64,000 nt of DNA, taken from Camelus dromedarius (Eukaryota). The stretch is from contig NC_087436.1 of assembly GCF_036321535.1 (NCBI RefSeq), forward strand, positions 106,146,001-106,210,000. The letters are read 5' to 3'. A program made the position numbers and the translations under genes. Shown here piece by piece: positions 1 through 12,262 of the stretch. The notes below the pieces were generated by a model, which was not told the DNA's origin, ran no database searches, and saw only the letters and a program-made list of their open reading frames with translations. The first letter of the stretch is position 1. Each line of letters begins with the position of its first letter.

Positions 1-645
1 TATGCATTTTTATTTTAACAATTGTGTAGAAAAATATATTATTAGTTAATGAAACAAGTGATCACATGGTTATTATCCCTTAGGATTAGGCAAAGTTAAA
101 AAGCGTGAGTCATTTTGAATCTTGTTTAAAGAAAAATACTCAGTAAATAACAATATTGGTAGTTTGCAGATGAGCAAAGATTGTGAAAGGGATGTGTAAA
201 TGAATAAGAGTTGGAGAATATTGAGCTAATGCAATGTTAATTAAAAATGTAATGTTATGTATGTAAATGCCGTTAAAAGTTTTTCATGCTCATTGTATTT
301 TCAGAACTCAAATTGGACATGTAGTCACAGTGGATGCAGTCTTTCATGGTAGGAGGAAGCATTGATAGATTGGAGAAGTAGGGCAATAACCATAGAAAAT
401 CCTAGTCAGACATCACTCCCTGGTAGAATGGTGGGTAGGATCCAGTAGTAAAACACACTCATGCAGGAATAATTAACCCCTACCTATTGTTTAAGTCAAA
501 TAATTCATCTTTTAATGTTACTTTAAGCCTCTTGCCCTCAATATTTATGTTTTACTTGCAAAGTAATCTAGTTTTTCTGTAACAAATAAAAAACATGCAA
601 GTTGAGACAGCCTTGATTTCTGAACTCTGTTTTCAGCAGTGCTGC

Positions 646-1110
646 TGTATCAGTCAGCTCTTGCTGTGTAACAAACCACCCCAAAATTTAATGGTTATAA
701 ATAGCAATTTTTTTTCTTTGGCTCACAGTTCTGTGGTTCTTTAATTTGACTTTGTCTCACCTAGGTTTATGTCCACATTTGCAGTGAGCTGACTGTTAGC
801 TAGGCACTTTGACTTGGGGCTTGCAGGCTGTCACTTGAAGTGATGGGGGTGGCTGGGCCATATGTCTCTCACCATCCATCAGGCTAGCACAGCTCGTTCT
901 CTTGGCAGAGAGAGCACAGAAAATGCCAGACCTCTCGAGCCTGCTTCTAACACAATGGATTGTTCAAAGCAAATCCAAAGGCTAGTTCAGATTCAAGGGG
1001 AAAGAGGCTCCACCTCTTGGTGGGAGGAACTGCAAAATTACATTACAAAGGGGAGTGGTTACAGGGAAGTGAAGCGTTGTGGCCATTTTTCTGCTGTCTG
1101 TTACAACCAC
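646..1110 (-). mobile_element. MaLR solo LTR, MLT1 family (MLT1F/G/H-like)
   Basis: Starts TGTATCAGTCAGCTCTTGCTGTGTAACAAACCACCCCAAAATTTAATGG and continues GCTCACAGTTCTGTGG...TCTCTCACCATCCATCAGGCTAG...GGCTCCACCTCTTGGTGGGAGGAACTGCAAA...GGCCATTTTT, the reverse-strand hallmarks of older MLT1 LTRs. Confidence 0.85.
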
Positions 1111-1164
1111 TTGGTAATCATGTCAACTTGGGCAGGTCCATTCACTTCTGTAGGTTGAGATCCT

Positions 1165-1200
1165 TGTCATATATATTCATAAATGTCATATATATTCATA
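1165..1200. repeat. Tandem duplication, 19-bp period (TGTCATATATATTCATA x2)
   Basis: Identical 17-mers at 1165-1181 and 1184-1200. Confidence 0.85.
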
Positions 1201-2633
1201 TACATATATTCACTCCTCAGTGCTTGAAGTTGCAACTAGACCACAAAAAACAGACCAGCTATGTCAAAACACTTTGAAAGTTACAAAGTTTCTTAAAGAG
1301 GTATGCATTTGTGCTCACTTTGCACAAACCCCTCTGTAGAACAGGATGTTGTAATAGAATTTGTCTCGTAAAGAGATGCACAGACTCAATAAGATAGTGA
1401 CTGCAAGCTGCTTAGCCCAGTCCTGGCACAAAGAAGTATTCCATAAATGGAAGCAGCTCTTTTTATTATTAACAAAAAAAAAGAAGATAAGCTGTAGGTG
1501 GAGAATTCCGAGTAGGTTGTGATTAAAAAAGAAACAAAAACAAAAGATAAAACAAACCCGTGGTAGTGAAATATGAGCTTACCCCCAAATCTCCAACTGC
1601 TTTACTATAAAATATATTTGTTTATCACCAGTTGATGGCTTTTGAAATCATTTATTTTTATTGTCTAACAAAGGGGACTTTGTTGAGAGCTTCATTATCT
1701 GTAGAAATGCTTCAGCGTTTGCACCAAAACCCTGTGTTCAAACGCTGGCACCGGGAATACCTCTTAGTGATAATTTTCGAGTTAAGTATTATGCATCAGG
1801 TAAATGATTGTGCATATAAATGGTCATTTTAGATGGTGCATTAGCAGGTGGAAATGGACAATCTTTCCCAAGGAATATTCAACTTTTTTCCCCCCACAGT
1901 CAACAGCTTCAAGTAAGTTGTAGAGCATGCTGTGATTTAGTACAAAGGCAGATTAAAAAACAAATCATAAAGATCTCAAAACTGGTAGCTCTTCCAAGAA
2001 AGGACTTGGTACATTTGCTGTTTCTTTTCTTCTGCTGGGCAGCCTCCCATGTGTTTATGATGTCATTTGAGTAATGCTACTAAAAAAACCACTGATGGTG
2101 ACTTGCCTTTTAGAACTTGTGGCCCTTACTCATTACAGGCATTGTTTTAAAGTATAAACACCTAGATATCATGATAGCAGGTATCCTCTTCTAGCAAAAG
2201 TGCTTCTTTGCTTGCTGTTTTTGGCACTAGATTGTATGTCTCTGGAAGGCTAGGCTGGAATTTACTTAAATTTCAGCGAGTTGCAAATACTAGGTGCTAA
2301 ATAGTTATGCATTAAAATGAATTATTCTGGGGCTATTATGAAGGTGTTCTTTCACATTTCTCCAAATATTTTGATCCAATCTGACTTTGGCTTCCAACGA
2401 GACAGCCTAATGAATAAAGAGATGCATTTCAGTTCAAGAAAAGAGTAATGAATGGACGAATGATGATGGCTTGTGGTGTTCTTTTTCATTTATGTAATAT
2501 TCTTGAAGGCCATCTTTTAACTAGAATCTCATATAATTGATTAAAGACACAAGCGACATCCCACTAAAGATGTCTTCAGTTGTGCTGTTTTCCCCCATGC
2601 TGTTTGCAGGAGTGTGCTCTGTAAGATGACCTG

Positions 2634-2685
2634 TATATGGCATACAGAGTAACTTATGCTATATGGCATACAGAGTAACTTATGC
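2634..2685. repeat. Perfect 26-bp tandem duplication
   Basis: TATATGGCATACAGAGTAACTTATGC at 2634-2659 and 2660-2685. Confidence 0.97.
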
Positions 2686-2839
2686 CCTTAGAAGTTAACC
2701 TTCAAGATTGCAGACAATTTCCTGGAAATGAAATCTGCATCATCATATAAGTGGTGGTTGACTCATTACCTACGTCTATCCTAAGATATCCCAGATGTAA
2801 TGAAAGTGATCTGTTTCCTCTTGGTTCCCTTCTTTAAAT

Positions 2840-2940
2840 GGTAAACTCCTCGAAGACAGAGCAACTGTGTTTTGTCACTTGAATGCCTGTCACCTCTCAG
2901 AATGCCTGGTGCCTACGAGGCACTTAGAAGCCCAAGAAAT
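2840..2940 (+). mobile_element. L2 LINE 3' end remnant
   Basis: TAAACTCCTCGAAGACAGAG...AGAATGCCTGGTGCCTACGAGGCACTTA resembles the L2 3' terminus. Confidence 0.55.
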
Positions 2941-3587
2941 CTTCCATGCCTTGAAGACACTGTCCAAACCCTGCTCTCAAGAAGCTTCCCATCCAGTATT
3001 GAGAGAGCAGAGTCTTAAAGATTGGGTTTTAAGACTTCTTTCCAAAAATCATGAGGACTTTTGACTGACTTTTGTGCAGAATGCGTAAAATAGAGCAAAT
3101 TGGCACTATCCTCGTGGTGTGAGCTGTGTTGCTTGCACTCCTCACCTTTGACCTTTCCTCCTCAGCTCTGCCTTCTGGTCCCTAGTTCTGTCTTTTCCAT
3201 GTGGTTCTCTGAGTTGGTATTATTATTATTGTTATTATTTTTATTATTTCATTTGGGTTATGCTCCTCTGATGAGCGCTGTGGGTCTTTGGCTAAGAAGT
3301 AATCATTGCTCTTCTCCATGCCTCGGAGAGGAGGTGTGTCTAGCTCAGAGCTTTGCATGCTCTGTGTGTTCAGGAAATATATTTTTTAATGACTAAACAG
3401 ATTCATAGCTGTTTTCTAGCTCCTCACTTGTAATCTTCCTGATCCTCTTCTGGCTTTGAGCGTCTCTTTGCTCTCCTTGACCCCAGTCTGCCTTCAAGGA
3501 TGATTCTTGTGTTGTGTCCCTCATTCCCCTCCTCCCATTACAGTTTTTTCACTGGGGGAGACGATGGAGGCTCAAGAAATAAAGGTG

Positions 3588-3694
3588 AGGGGGTGGGGGG
3601 GGGCGGTGTAGCTCAGTGGCTGAGCGCACGCTTAGCATGTACAAGGTCCTGGGTTCAAACCACAGTACACAGTATCTCCATTAAAAAACAAAAG
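3588..3694 (+). mobile_element. Vic-1-type tRNA-Ala-derived SINE (camelid), short form
   Basis: A box TAGCTCAGTGG at 3609-3619, CTTAGCAT anticodon-loop remnant, B box GGTTCAAACC at 3652-3661, A-rich tail. TSD AAGAAATAAAGG(T/C)G at 3574-3587 and 3695-3708. Confidence 0.9.
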
Positions 3695-4974
3695 AAGAAA
3701 TAAAGGCGGTGTAATAAAGTAGCTGAGGCCTGTTGCAAAAGGAAAAAAAAAATCACCAGCTGCAAAGGTAGCTCTGTTCTGTGTCAGCACTGTTCCAGGT
3801 GCTGGGACAAAGCGGTGAATATAGTGACTGAGTTACAGGAAGTGAGAGCCAGAAGAAGGGACCTTCTCAGGGGGACACATGTTTATCGTGTAGCCTCAGA
3901 ATGCCAGGGGCCCTGGTAGGTCCTGGGGACACAGCCCTCCTCCAGTCTCAGGCTCTGAAGAGTGGCTTTTCGGGGAGGAAGCAGAGGCCCAGGCCAGCGA
4001 GCCTCCAGACTGGAGATGACGAGAGTCAAGGTTAAGTCCTTGTTGCTCACTGTGCTTCGCTATAGCTGGGGTCCCCAGAGTGGCTGCATTTGAAGGTGGG
4101 TCAGTTGACTGTAGGCCTGTGGCTTCTAAGCTTCCGAAAGCCCTATGAGATGAGACGCTGCCATATGCTGCCTGTTTAAGTGGTCATTACTGCAGTCGTG
4201 AAATAAATGAGATTTCGGAGGATTTTGCACTCCCTTCTGCTAAATAAAGCTGTGGATGGGATTACAATGAATTTTTTAGGTATTTTATAATTTATGGTTG
4301 GCTTGGAGCCATTAGCTATATACATATAAAGAAAAGCAACAAAAGGATTTTTGAAAAAAAGCCTCAGAAATCAGAGTCAGCTCGATGGTTGTTATCACAA
4401 AATGGGATCATCTATTTATTACGAAGAGCAGGGATGGACCTCTGTGCCTCCCAGGGTGGCATTCCATTTTCTCCAGTAAATAATACAGGGCTTCCCCCGT
4501 AATTACCTGATAGACTGGAGGAGCTTCTTGCGATCCATTTCAGTCCATTGGGTAAATGATACGTTTTCTAAAGGCATCTTTACCCAATAGCGCAGCTTGT
4601 GAACTAATGACAGATACAGCGCAGCCTCTGTAGGGAACTGTGTCGGGGCGGCAGTTACTCTGATAAAGTTATACGTGGGCCCCAAGCTACCAGATTCCAG
4701 GGGGACAGCATTTGTATTTAGTATTACGAGAGAAAATAAACACTTTGCAAGAGCATTCTTTGGGCATTTTCACAGGATGTCTAAAGAGGCCATGCGTCGG
4801 GCAGGGTGCCATTTCCAGCCAGCGACATCCCATTTGAAATGCAGCTGCTCTTTGTTGCTATGAAAGACATGTCAGAATTAGTCTGGGAGGATCCCATGAC
4901 TAGTCCCATATGGCTGCCTGGATCATCGGTCTTGGAGTTGTTGATAGAGGAGTGATTCAGATTACTGAGGCAAC

Positions 4975-5200
4975 CGTGAGATCATGGAAAAAGGCCCTGG
5001 GCGGCAGTCAGAAGATGTGGGCTGGAGCCCCAGCTCTGGCCCTTAACGGAGCAAGTCACTTACCTCACTGAGCTTCAGTCTCTGTCTTTGAAAATGGGGA
5101 TAACCGTCACGGCATCATGGGGAAATTGGGAGGACTGGGAGGCATGTTTCACGTGCATTACAAGAGGAAGGTTCTGGCATATATGATGAGTGCTTGTTAA
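4975..5200 (+). mobile_element. MIR SINE
   Basis: Core CCCAGCTCTGGC...GCAAGTCACTTACCTCACTGAGCTTCAGT...AAAATGGGGATAA. Confidence 0.8.
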
Positions 5201-5236
5201 GGAACCAAACCAATAATCGATGATTTGGCACTAAGA

Positions 5237-5398
5237 CAGTTGTTCTCCAAACTTACCTGCCTCCATGAATCACCTGGGATGCTTATTAAAATACAGATTT
5301 CCAAGCCTCCTAACTGACGGATTGACTGAGAGGCCCCAGAACCTGAATTTAATAAGCATCCTGGTCTAGTCTTATGGTCAGATTAGGTTGAAACATAG
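5237..5398. mobile_element. MER5-like hAT-Charlie DNA transposon (non-autonomous)
   Basis: CAGTTGTTCTCCAAACTT...GAATCACCTGGGATGCTTATTAAAATACAGATT...TTTAATAAGCATCCTGG...GTTGAAACATAG. Confidence 0.75.
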
Positions 5399-6129
5399 GA
5401 GTGAAGACAAAGAAGCTGCAAAGGACTCATTTGATGTTTTGTTATCTGTTTTTCCTTTGTCATCCCTAGGACTAAATCAGGCACATGGTTTGGTTATTCC
5501 TCCCTTCTGCTTGGCTCTCCTTTTCTACAGTTAGCACTATAACCAACCATCATGGTCAGGTATCTGCTGATCCAGGTGTGTGTGTGTGCAGATGTGGCCT
5601 GGGACTCTCTCATGACCATCTCTGGGTGGCTTGCCTACATTTCTCTGACAAAATGAACTTTTTTCTTTTGGTATCAGTCCACATTGCCGGGTACACAAAA
5701 TTATTCTAAACTTAAAATGAGTATCAGTCCAAGAAGCAGGATTCTCCAAAGAGACAGACATCAAAGTGACATGTCTGCATAGCTGTCTCAGAGCTGACCC
5801 AGCCTGCTCCACGCGGTCTCCATGCTGGTTGTCTGATGGGTGGAGCTATCATGAAAGTTCTCCCCCTGGAGTGGGGATGAACCTTCCAAGGAATCAGGCA
5901 TCTTCACAGGATGCCTAAGAGGCACCCCATGAGTTAGATCTAGGGTCTATCCAGGCTGGCATTTTATCTGGGGCTGCACCTCTGACTACAGTCTGTGAGG
6001 TGTCTAATAATTCCTTTCCATGCTGACAGACAAGCAAATTAGACACTTCAGTGGAGTAAGAATTCGTAACAATGAACCTCAACATCTGGGAAGCTTCCTG
6101 TGTTCCTGGGACGGCGCCCCTTTTCAAAT

Positions 6130-6300
6130 GTTATCCCGTTGAATCTTCATAAAAGCTCTCTGAGTTCGTATTCCCATTTCACAGATGAGGAAACTGATGT
6201 CTGGACAGAGGTCATATAACTTGTGTGAGGTTGCTGAGCTACCATGGTGAATGGCAGAAGTGATACTGGAACCCAGTTCAATCTCACACCTTCAGCTGTC
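6130..6300 (-). mobile_element. MIR SINE
   Basis: Reverse core CCCATTTCACAGATGAGGAAACTGA...GGCAGAAG...GAACCCAG. Confidence 0.85.
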
Positions 6301-6559
6301 ATGTTGTCATGGTCTCCATTGTAATGTTCCCCCATATTTCTGACCCTTCCAGCTGTTCTGAACAGCTGTAGCCCCACTGACATTAATGCACCCTGACTCT
6401 ACCGCCTTGGCATCAGTTTGTCTGGTCTTTGACAGTCTGCTTCTCTCCAGGTGTTTCTGAAAATTTCTGTGGGGAGGGGGCTGATTTGTCCAGGCCAGTA
6501 CTGACCAAGGCTGTTTGGCTTTTATAATATCTTAGGGATCTATTGTTCCCACTTTGACA

Positions 6560-6745
6560 AAATCTCAGAATCAGAAGAACATTCGTGGTCATTTAGCCCA
6601 ACCTCAAACAATGTCAGAGTGTTGAATCCAGGATCTCTAATGAATCGTGAGCCCTCTGTCTGAATGCCTCCAGGGATGGGGAACTTGCTACCCTCATAAG
6701 CCATCTCTGACATCTCTGGGCAGGCGACACACCTGCCCACGTTGA
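6560..6745 (-). mobile_element. L3/CR1 LINE 3' fragment
   Basis: GGTCATTTAGCCCAACC...CTCTGTCTGAATGCCTCCAGGGATGGGGAACTTGCTACC matches the reverse complement of the CR1/L3 ORF2 end and 3' UTR. Confidence 0.7.
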
Positions 6746-7344
6746 CTTCCATGCACAGTCTTCTGTTGGGCTGATGGAAAAGCACCAAGGGACTAAAATA
6801 CAACGTGTGGGAAGTGGTGGCTGACTGAATCCAGGACACAGGATCCCTGGGTTTTGGAAGAGTCACCTTCCTTGGATGAACAACAAAGTGACTTAGCATC
6901 AGAGCGGAGGAGAACCATAAGATGGCAAAAACTGAAGAGGCTTTTAAGTCACCAAGGGGGCTGCTGTGAAGGAAACACTGTGGTGTTTTCAGGTTTGAAA
7001 GGAGAGAGTCTAAACCAGCAAGGGTGAAGGGCCGTGTTTGCATTTTATTGATTTCCTATTGATTTCAACGGATGAACTGTCTGCCTGAGAAAAAGAGACT
7101 GACAGGGAAGCAGAAACCCAGAAGGCTGGACCTTCAAGGGAGGGAGGGAATTACATATAAAACACCCCAGGCACCTACTTCTTTCATGGTCAACCCGGGA
7201 GCACAGTCCAGGGCTTTAATCCTTCTCTTGGGATCCTGGCGGGAGAGATTTGTGAGCTTGCCAGAGCCTTCTCCCCTGGCCTCCCAGGAAATCTCAGCTG
7301 TCAGGAGAGAGAACTAGGGGATCTCTTTTGGAGCTTCCTGAGCC

Positions 7345-7470
7345 TTGAGTGACAGTATGAGAACGATTCTGAGCTTCATTGGATCTGATGCATCTGTGCA
7401 TCCCCAACCCCTACCAGGTGATTGTGCAAAGTAGAAGTTCAATAAATGTCTTGAAAACTGAATGAAGGAA
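7345..7470 (+). mobile_element. L2 3' tail remnant
   Basis: AGTAGAAGTTCAATAAATGTCTTG...TGAATGAA terminus. Confidence 0.5.
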
Positions 7471-7804
7471 TGCTTGATGAGTTGCTTTCTCTCTCTTTGG
7501 GGGCTTGGGCATGAAACTATTCTTAAGTTGGGAGTTTATCTGCACATTTCATTCCTTCCAGTTGGAAGAAACCCAGAAGGGCAGAGACAACCCTCAAACT
7601 TCTTTTTCAGTGCTCTGCTGTGACACTGGGCTATATCTTGGGGTTTGGTATCATCAGCCTTTTCTCCTTCTGCTAAGACTAGACAGAGGTCGTTTTTGCC
7701 CTTGTAGGGAACCACTGTTGGAGGCTCTTCCCTGCCTCTGTTCAAGGCATTGACTCGGAACACAGTGCTCATGTGAGATAGTGTCTGGCTGGTTCCCACT
7801 TTGT

Positions 7805-8315
7805 TTTTCTTTTAAAAATATCTTTATTGAAGTATATTTAACATTCAATAAAATTCACCTGTTTTCACTGTATAATTCAATGATTTTCAGCAAATTATGT
7901 TATTGTGCAACCATCACCACCATCCAAATTTAGAATATGTCCATCACTCCAGAGAGATTCTTCACACCCATTTGCTGTCAAGCTTCAATTCCACCTCCAG
8001 CCCCAGGCAACCACTACTTTACTTTAAGACTCTATAGATTTGCTTTTTTTTGTAGTTTATATAGAAGAGAATCATATACATGAGAATTTTGCTTCTTTCA
8101 TGTGGCGTAATGTTTTGAAGGCTCATCCATGTTGCAGTGTGTATCAGTAGATCATTTCTTTTTATTGCTTAATAGTTTTCCATTGTATGGACATATAACA
8201 CTTTGTTTATCCATTTACTTGTTGATGGATATTTGTATTTTTTTCTTTTCTCTCTTGATTTTTGATTCTTATGCTGCTATGAACGTTCGTGTGCAAGTTT
8301 TAGTGTGGACGTACA
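7805..8315 (-). mobile_element. Old L1 3' end (L1MB/L1ME-like)
   Basis: CTTTATTGAAGTATATTTAACATTCAATAAAATTCACC...GTGCAACCATCACCAC...CCAGCCCCAGGCAACCACT...GCTCATCCATGTTGCAG...GCTGCTATGAACGTTCGTGTGCAAG. Confidence 0.9.
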
Positions 8316-8531
8316 TTGAAAGCAACATGCTAGGCTCCGTGTAGAAGATAGGAGGGCAGAGATGAATGACAAATGAATTTCAAATGTATGTGTGAATTTC
8401 CCCACTCACTACCTAAGTAAGAACAAAAGAAAACCTATGTCATAATCATCACTTTTAATACATAAGGTGATTGTATTTTCTACACTGAAAGTCAGTCTTA
8501 AAAGGCATTTTGACAAAAAGTTTATAATACT

Positions 8532-8560
8532 ATAAACTGGAATGTCATAAACTGGAATGT
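8532..8560. repeat. Tandem duplication, 15-bp period (ATAAACTGGAATGT x2)
   Basis: Identical 14-mers at 8532-8545 and 8547-8560. Confidence 0.85.
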
Positions 8561-8653
8561 ACACATATTGTGGATTAACTTTTTTATAGGGTGGTGTATA
8601 AAGTTTCTATAAATATGACCCAATCAAACAAAGTTTTGCTTAGGAGTTCAGTG

Positions 8654-9190
8654 TTCATTCATTCTTGAATTTATATGAATTTAGTGACATAGGCAAACCA
8701 GATTTCTGAGTGCTGGGGGTAGAGTAATGAATAGAGAACCCTGACCTGAGGGAGCTTATATTCTAGAGGGGAGACTAAGACAATGAAGAAATAAGTAGTA
8801 AAATACACACTATGTCAGATGGTGATACGTGCTGTAGAGAAAAATTAAGCCATTAAGGAGGATAGAATATTGGGAATGAAGGTAGAAATGGGACAATTTA
8901 AAATAAGGTGGTCAGGGAAAGCTTCATTGAGAAGGTGACACTTGGACAAAGACATGAAGAAGGCGAGGGAGCAAGACATGTGAGTATATGGCAGAATAGC
9001 ATTTCCGGTAGAGGAAAAGGCAAGTGCAAAGACCCTGTGGCAGGAGTGTGCATGGAGTGCACAAGCAACAATGAAGAAATCAGAGATGGCTGGAGTGGAG
9101 GTAGTAAGAGAGGATATCAGAGAAATGGGATCAAGCAAGGACAATGACACCCTTGGAACATGCCTTGAAAGGTAGTGGAGTTCTGGTCCC
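8654..9190 (-). mobile_element. L2 LINE (L2a-like) 3' region
   Basis: TTCATTCATT tail, GGAGCTTATATTCTAG, GTGGTCAGGGAAAGCTTCATTGAGAAGGTGACA, GCAAGTGCAAAGACCCTGTGGCAGGAG. Confidence 0.9.
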
Positions 9191-10156
9191 AAAGAGAGGC
9201 TGAAGGATCCCTTGGCAGATATCCTGTGGTGATGGATCAGGTGTCAAATGATCAGCTGGATACAATAGCTTTTCAGGTCCCTTGTAACATTGGGACAGCA
9301 TCGTGATTCTTGGAGATGGAAAAGGGCTGTTCTGTGCCAAACAGGTGGGATATCATAATGCATATCAGAGGGCCTCCACTCTGTCAGCGAGCTGCTGGGG
9401 TATTGCCAGGTATTTGCTACAGGTGGGCGATGTGAAGTGCTCGAGCTCGGAGAAGGTCAGCACATCTCATTTCACTGACTAGAGTCTTACTTGGGCCCCC
9501 TCCCTCCCCTGGCCTTGCACTTTAGTTCAATTTAAAAATCAAGAATTCTTTTTTTTCCCCTCAGTAGATTATACCCTCTTGGTGTATAGGTAGGAGGGAA
9601 AATAACTTAGTTTGTGAGGTTCCAACAGGTACTTTGTAGTACATTAATGTCCACTTAGCTGCCACATAGATTGCTCTGTCAATACCCAAGGCATTTAAAG
9701 TTGCAATTTTCAGATCTCTTTCACACCAGGTACACACACACTCAAGCTGAAGGTGTTACCTCTTAGTGCCTGAGCTGAGAGTGACTCGCTGATTTTTCAC
9801 CCTTCACCACCACTCAGTAGAGGATTGTTGGGGCTGGTATCAGACAGCACAGGTGGAACCACGTGCCACACTGTTTTTTTAAAGCTTCCTTTGTTTCCTT
9901 AGCAGCTGCTGCCTCTGGTCTTTTACTAGTTTGCTCAATGGTAAGGAAGGATGACCCACAGACCATGGGTGATCTTATAGTTTTAAAATATTCATTATAA
10001 AACATTTGGTGATTGAAGCCTTTGGGCTGCCATGAAGGCCAGTGTATAGAAGTCATAGTTAAGTTTCCTTATTTTACCCTGAATTAAATCCCATCCTTAG
10101 ATCATGTAAAATGGTTTATGTGGCATGTATGTGGCTTTGTCGCAAATAGGTTATCT

Positions 10157-11042
10157 TTTTTTTAAATTATCATTTAATTTTAGAATAGTTTTAGAATTAC
10201 AGAAACATTGCACAGGTAATACAGAGTTCCCATATACTCTGCACGGAGTTTCTCCTAATATTAACATCTGACGTTAATATGGTGCATTTGTTACAATGAA
10301 TGCACCAGTATTGATACTTTACTATTAAGTAAAGGCCTTGCTGTATTCATATGTCTTGAATTTTTTCCTAATGTCCTTTTTCTGCACCAGGATTCCATCC
10401 AGGACACCACATTAGATTTAGTTGTCATGTCTCCTTTGGTTCCTCCTGGCTGTGACCATTCTTTGACTTTCCTTGTTTTTGATGACCTTGACAGTCTTGA
10501 AGAGGACTGGTCAGGCATTTTGCAGGATACCCCTCAATCGAGATTTGTCCGATGTTTTTCTTAGGATTAGAGTAGCCTCGTGGGTTTCTGTGGGGAAGAT
10601 GACAGAGGTAAATCGCATCGTTTTGCAGGTGCATACTGTCTTATCACTGTTGCTATTGAACTTGATCATCTGGCTGAAGTCATGTTTGTCAGGTTTCTCT
10701 GCTGTCAGGTTATTTTTTAGTTTTCCTTTCTTTCATACTGTACTCTTTGGAAGGAATTTGCAATGCATTGCCCACACTTAAAAATTTGGAGTTACACTCT
10801 GTACCTCTTTGAGGGTGGCATGTGTACAGAAATTATTTGGAATTTTGCTGCATGGGAAATTTGTCTCCTTGCTTTCATTTACTTATTTATCTGAATTATT
10901 TACTTATATCAGTATGGACTCGTGGATATTTACTTTTGTACTCTTGACTTACAATCCAATACTATGTTATTTATTTTGTCACAGCTTTGGCAGTTGGGAG
11001 ATCTTTTAGTTGGCTTTTGGGTCCCTTTGACATGCTCCTATC

Positions 11043-11081
<39 letters not shown>

Positions 11082-11275
11082 ACATGTTTGAGCACTTCCT
11101 TACTTTCTGGCACTGCAAGATACTCTAAGGTTATTTTGTTTATTTCTTACCCCCGTCCAAGAATCAGCCATTTCTGCAAGGCTCCTGGGTTTCTTTTACT
11201 GGAGAATGGTATTAGAAACCAAAAACTAGGCTTCAGGAGTGCTCATCGTCACTGAGATGTTACTGTTCTACACTC
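10157..11275 (-). mobile_element. Old L1 3' region (L1MC-like)
   Basis: TTTTAGAATAGTTTTAGAATTACAG...CAGGATTCCATCCAGGACACCACATT...TGATGACCTTGACAG...GGAGAATGGTATTAGAAACCAA, typical of L1MC3/4 3' UTRs. Confidence 0.88.
11045..11078. repeat. (TG)17 microsatellite inside the L1MC copy
   Basis: Perfect TG run read directly. Confidence 0.97.
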
Positions 11276-11324
11276 AGAGGGGTTATCTTTAACACAAACC
11301 TTTTTTTTTTTTTTTGAGGAGACA

Positions 11325-11525
11325 AAGTTGTAATATGGTAGAAGGGGTTCTGAACTTGAAGCTGCTGCTAGCATGCACCCATCTATGTAACTGTGTGAAT
11401 GCAAGCAAACCACTTCACTTGTGAGCCCATTTCCTCTGTGACACACAACGTGGGGAAGGTGATATCTTGCTCACCTCATTTACAGGGCTTCATTGAAGAT
11501 CGAAAGTACTTTGGCATACACTGTG
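11325..11525 (+). mobile_element. MIR SINE, degraded
   Basis: CTGTGTGAATGCAAGCAAACCACTTCACTTGTGAGCCCATTTCCTCTGT...ACCTCATTTACAGGG. Confidence 0.5.
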
Positions 11526-12233
11526 CCTGTTGCTGTCGTAATTTTAGTTTGACCAAATTGCATGCATTTTCAAGTAAGGATCGTAAACATCAGCATTCAG
11601 TTATTTTTTAAATGAAAAAGAAATTATAATTTTTAATCTTAGAATTTATTTGTTAATATATCCTTCAGAAATTTCTGTTATGAAAAGAAATTTCTAATAT
11701 TTTGCTTTAATTATTTTCCTTTCCTTAAATGCTTAAGAAATTTAAAAAAGAGTCAAGTCAGATATTAACCAGGAGAGCTTTGTGTTACTCCTAGTATTTG
11801 TGTTAGAGTAGCTTGGGGGGACTTGGAAACTTCCGTCTCACCAGGCTCCCCTCCCACACCAAGTGAATGTGCTACGTCAAAACAGTACGTTTGCAGTGCA
11901 GAATGTCACACTGAGACAGGTCCCCTCAGCCTCCATTCCAACCTACTTGCTCCCCATTTCCCTACCATAGAAATTCTGGATTTGCCACTATAGCCAGAAC
12001 GTTTCTTTATCTTCTGATCTTGTGCACTAGGAACAAGGTATAGACTAGGTCATGCTTTCATCATCCATTGCAAGCTCTGAAATCTATGCCTTATAGGTAA
12101 TGTGGTGGGGCTCTTGGTAATTTTAAAACAGATTCTCCAAGGCAACTCATTTGAAAGGGTCCAAGAAAATCACATCAGCCTCCTTCTGTTTGATGTCCCT
12201 TGTGTAAACCAGCTAGATGGGAGACATATGTAT

Positions 12234-12262
12234 ACACACACACACACAGACACACACACACA
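12234..12262. repeat. Interrupted (CA)n microsatellite
   Basis: ACACACACACACACAGACACACACACACA. Confidence 0.9.

Noticed and set aside
1..230. Possible hAT-Charlie DNA transposon end
   Set aside because: Only a faint resemblance near GAGTTGGAGAATATTG; too degraded to support by eye.
2634..2685. CRISPR-like direct repeat
   Set aside because: There are only two adjacent copies, no spacer and no cas genes, and the context is mammalian.
3601..3680. tRNA-Ala gene
   Set aside because: It has tRNA-like boxes, but the acceptor stem is disrupted, there is an internal duplication, and an A-rich tail and TSD are present. These indicate a SINE or retrocopy.
6540..7043. Longest ORF (167 aa, minus strand)
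   Set aside because: Its 3' part overlaps the decayed L3/CR1 fragment and the remainder resembles no protein I recognise.
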